Assembly: GCA_951406725.2 (NCBI GenBank)
Contig: OX597814.1
Location: forward strand, 102,796,001-102,860,000
DNA length: 64,000 nt
Direction: 5' to 3'
Source of the DNA: Octopus vulgaris
Taxonomy: Eukaryota
Within the stretch, counting starts at the first letter, position 1. Each line of letters starts with the position of its first letter. Under the pieces are notes generated by a model, which made no database searches, was not told the origin of the DNA, and was given only the letters and a program-made list of their open reading frames with translations. The position numbers were made by a program, and so were the translations under genes. This document shows positions 62,675-64,000 of the stretch, piece after piece.

Positions 62675-64000
62675 ATCATCATCATCATCATTTAACATCC
62701 ACTTTCCATGCTGGTATGGCTTTGACGGTTTGACTGGATTGGCAAGCCAGAGAGCTGTACCAGGATCCAGTCTGACTTTGGCTTGGTTTCTACAGCTGGA
62801 TACCCTTCCTAATGCCAACTGCTCCAAGAGTATAGTGGGTGTTTTTTGTGTGTCACCAGCACTGGTGATTTTACATGTCATCAGCATGGGTGCTTCTATG
62901 TGACACCAGCACCAGCCACAACTACAATTTCACTTGGCTTGACAAATCTTTTCAAGCACAGCAGATCACCAAAAGTCATGATCACTTCTCATCACTTCTG
63001 TGAGACCCCACACTTGAGGATCATGCTTCACTACAGTTCCCTCTATAGTTTGAGATAGGCACTTCTTTACACAGCTGTCCTTATCCATACCATGACCATA
63101 CCAATGCACACATCTCTTTCGCACACCACATCTGATGCCTCTTATACCCAACTTTACTCTCAAGATGCTTACACCCTGTTGTACATGCACACTGACATTA
63201 CCCATCCAGTGGAGTATACTAGAATCATTTCTTTCAAGCCTTTGCATGTCCTCTGCCATGTAACACAGGCATCATACAATCGGCCCTTCACTCTGTGAGA
63301 AAGGCCTTTTGTTGCCAATAAAGGTAGAAGCTTTCTGAACTTTACCCAGCCTATTCTTATTCTTACAGCTATGCTCTCAGAGCATAAAAAATTCAAATTT
63401 GTTTGACAAACTCCTTGAGTGCATCGCAAACTTTCATTTTTGAATTTTAACTATAAACAAAATATGTATTGTTTACATGAACTGAACTACAGTTTTTTTC
63501 CTTTTTTTTTTGTACTTTTCTCAAAACTTATTTCATTGAAGATTTTTTTCTTTTGTTTACATACCTTGCAAAAAAAAAAAAAATTCATTTAGTCCCCTAA
63601 AAAGTAGAAATTATCTACTACCTCTAATGAGCCTCAGGGGCATTTAAGAAACTCAATTTCCTTAATGGCTGTAGTTTTTATGGCTGCTGTGTATCTTCCA
63701 CATACAGACTCGTCTTTGATAACCTTATTATTCCACTGCACCTTGTGTCTATAATTTACACTGGGTACACCATATGAAATTCATGCCTACACCTTTCCTC
63801 CAAATCCAGCAGGGCCACTTAACTGAAGGGTTAGAGTCCTGTCTGTTTTCTTGCTTACTAAGACTTTAGTCTCTGCTAAGTTAACTTTAAGGCCCTTAGA
63901 TTCCATGTTAGCTTCCACAACTGGAATTTCTTTTCTAGTTCTGATATAGAATCTGCTATGAGGGCAAGATAGCATATAGTAGTTCCCAAGGGTTGTCAGT
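62675..64000 (-). mobile_element. RTE LINE fragment, interrupted at about 63382-63600
   Basis: (CAT)n tail at 62675, KGRLYDACV, LKVNLAETKVL, decayed PHD-like finger. Confidence 0.85.

Overview
AT-rich, repeat-dense eukaryotic DNA. The short C2H2 zinc-finger gene, RTE LINEs with (GAT)n tails, tRNA-headed SINEs and (TA)n/(CA)n microsatellites suggest an octopus/coleoid cephalopod genome (inference from repeat style). Host genes are an 11-finger C2H2 ZNF (9376-10359, +) and the first coding exon of an unidentified gene (32616-32723, +), whose next exon I could not find. Mobile elements include an apparently intact Tx1/L1-clade retrotransposon running off the left edge (ORF1 1773-3206, ORF2 <1-1745), many decayed RTE LINEs with a PHD-like finger inside ORF2, and a deleted Ty3/gypsy element carrying an extra inverted internal LTR, inserted in a ~250-bp tandem array. 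There are also CR1, Penelope, Helitron, mariner, Merlin, piggyBac-like and Sola-like remnants and a solo LTR. The most notable structures are Penelope-like fold-back palindromes with minimal hammerhead-like cores, the three-LTR gypsy element and the PHD-bearing RTEs. I see no evidence of a complete new multi-gene system. Repeat boundaries were read by eye and are approximate unless a TSD or TIR is quoted.
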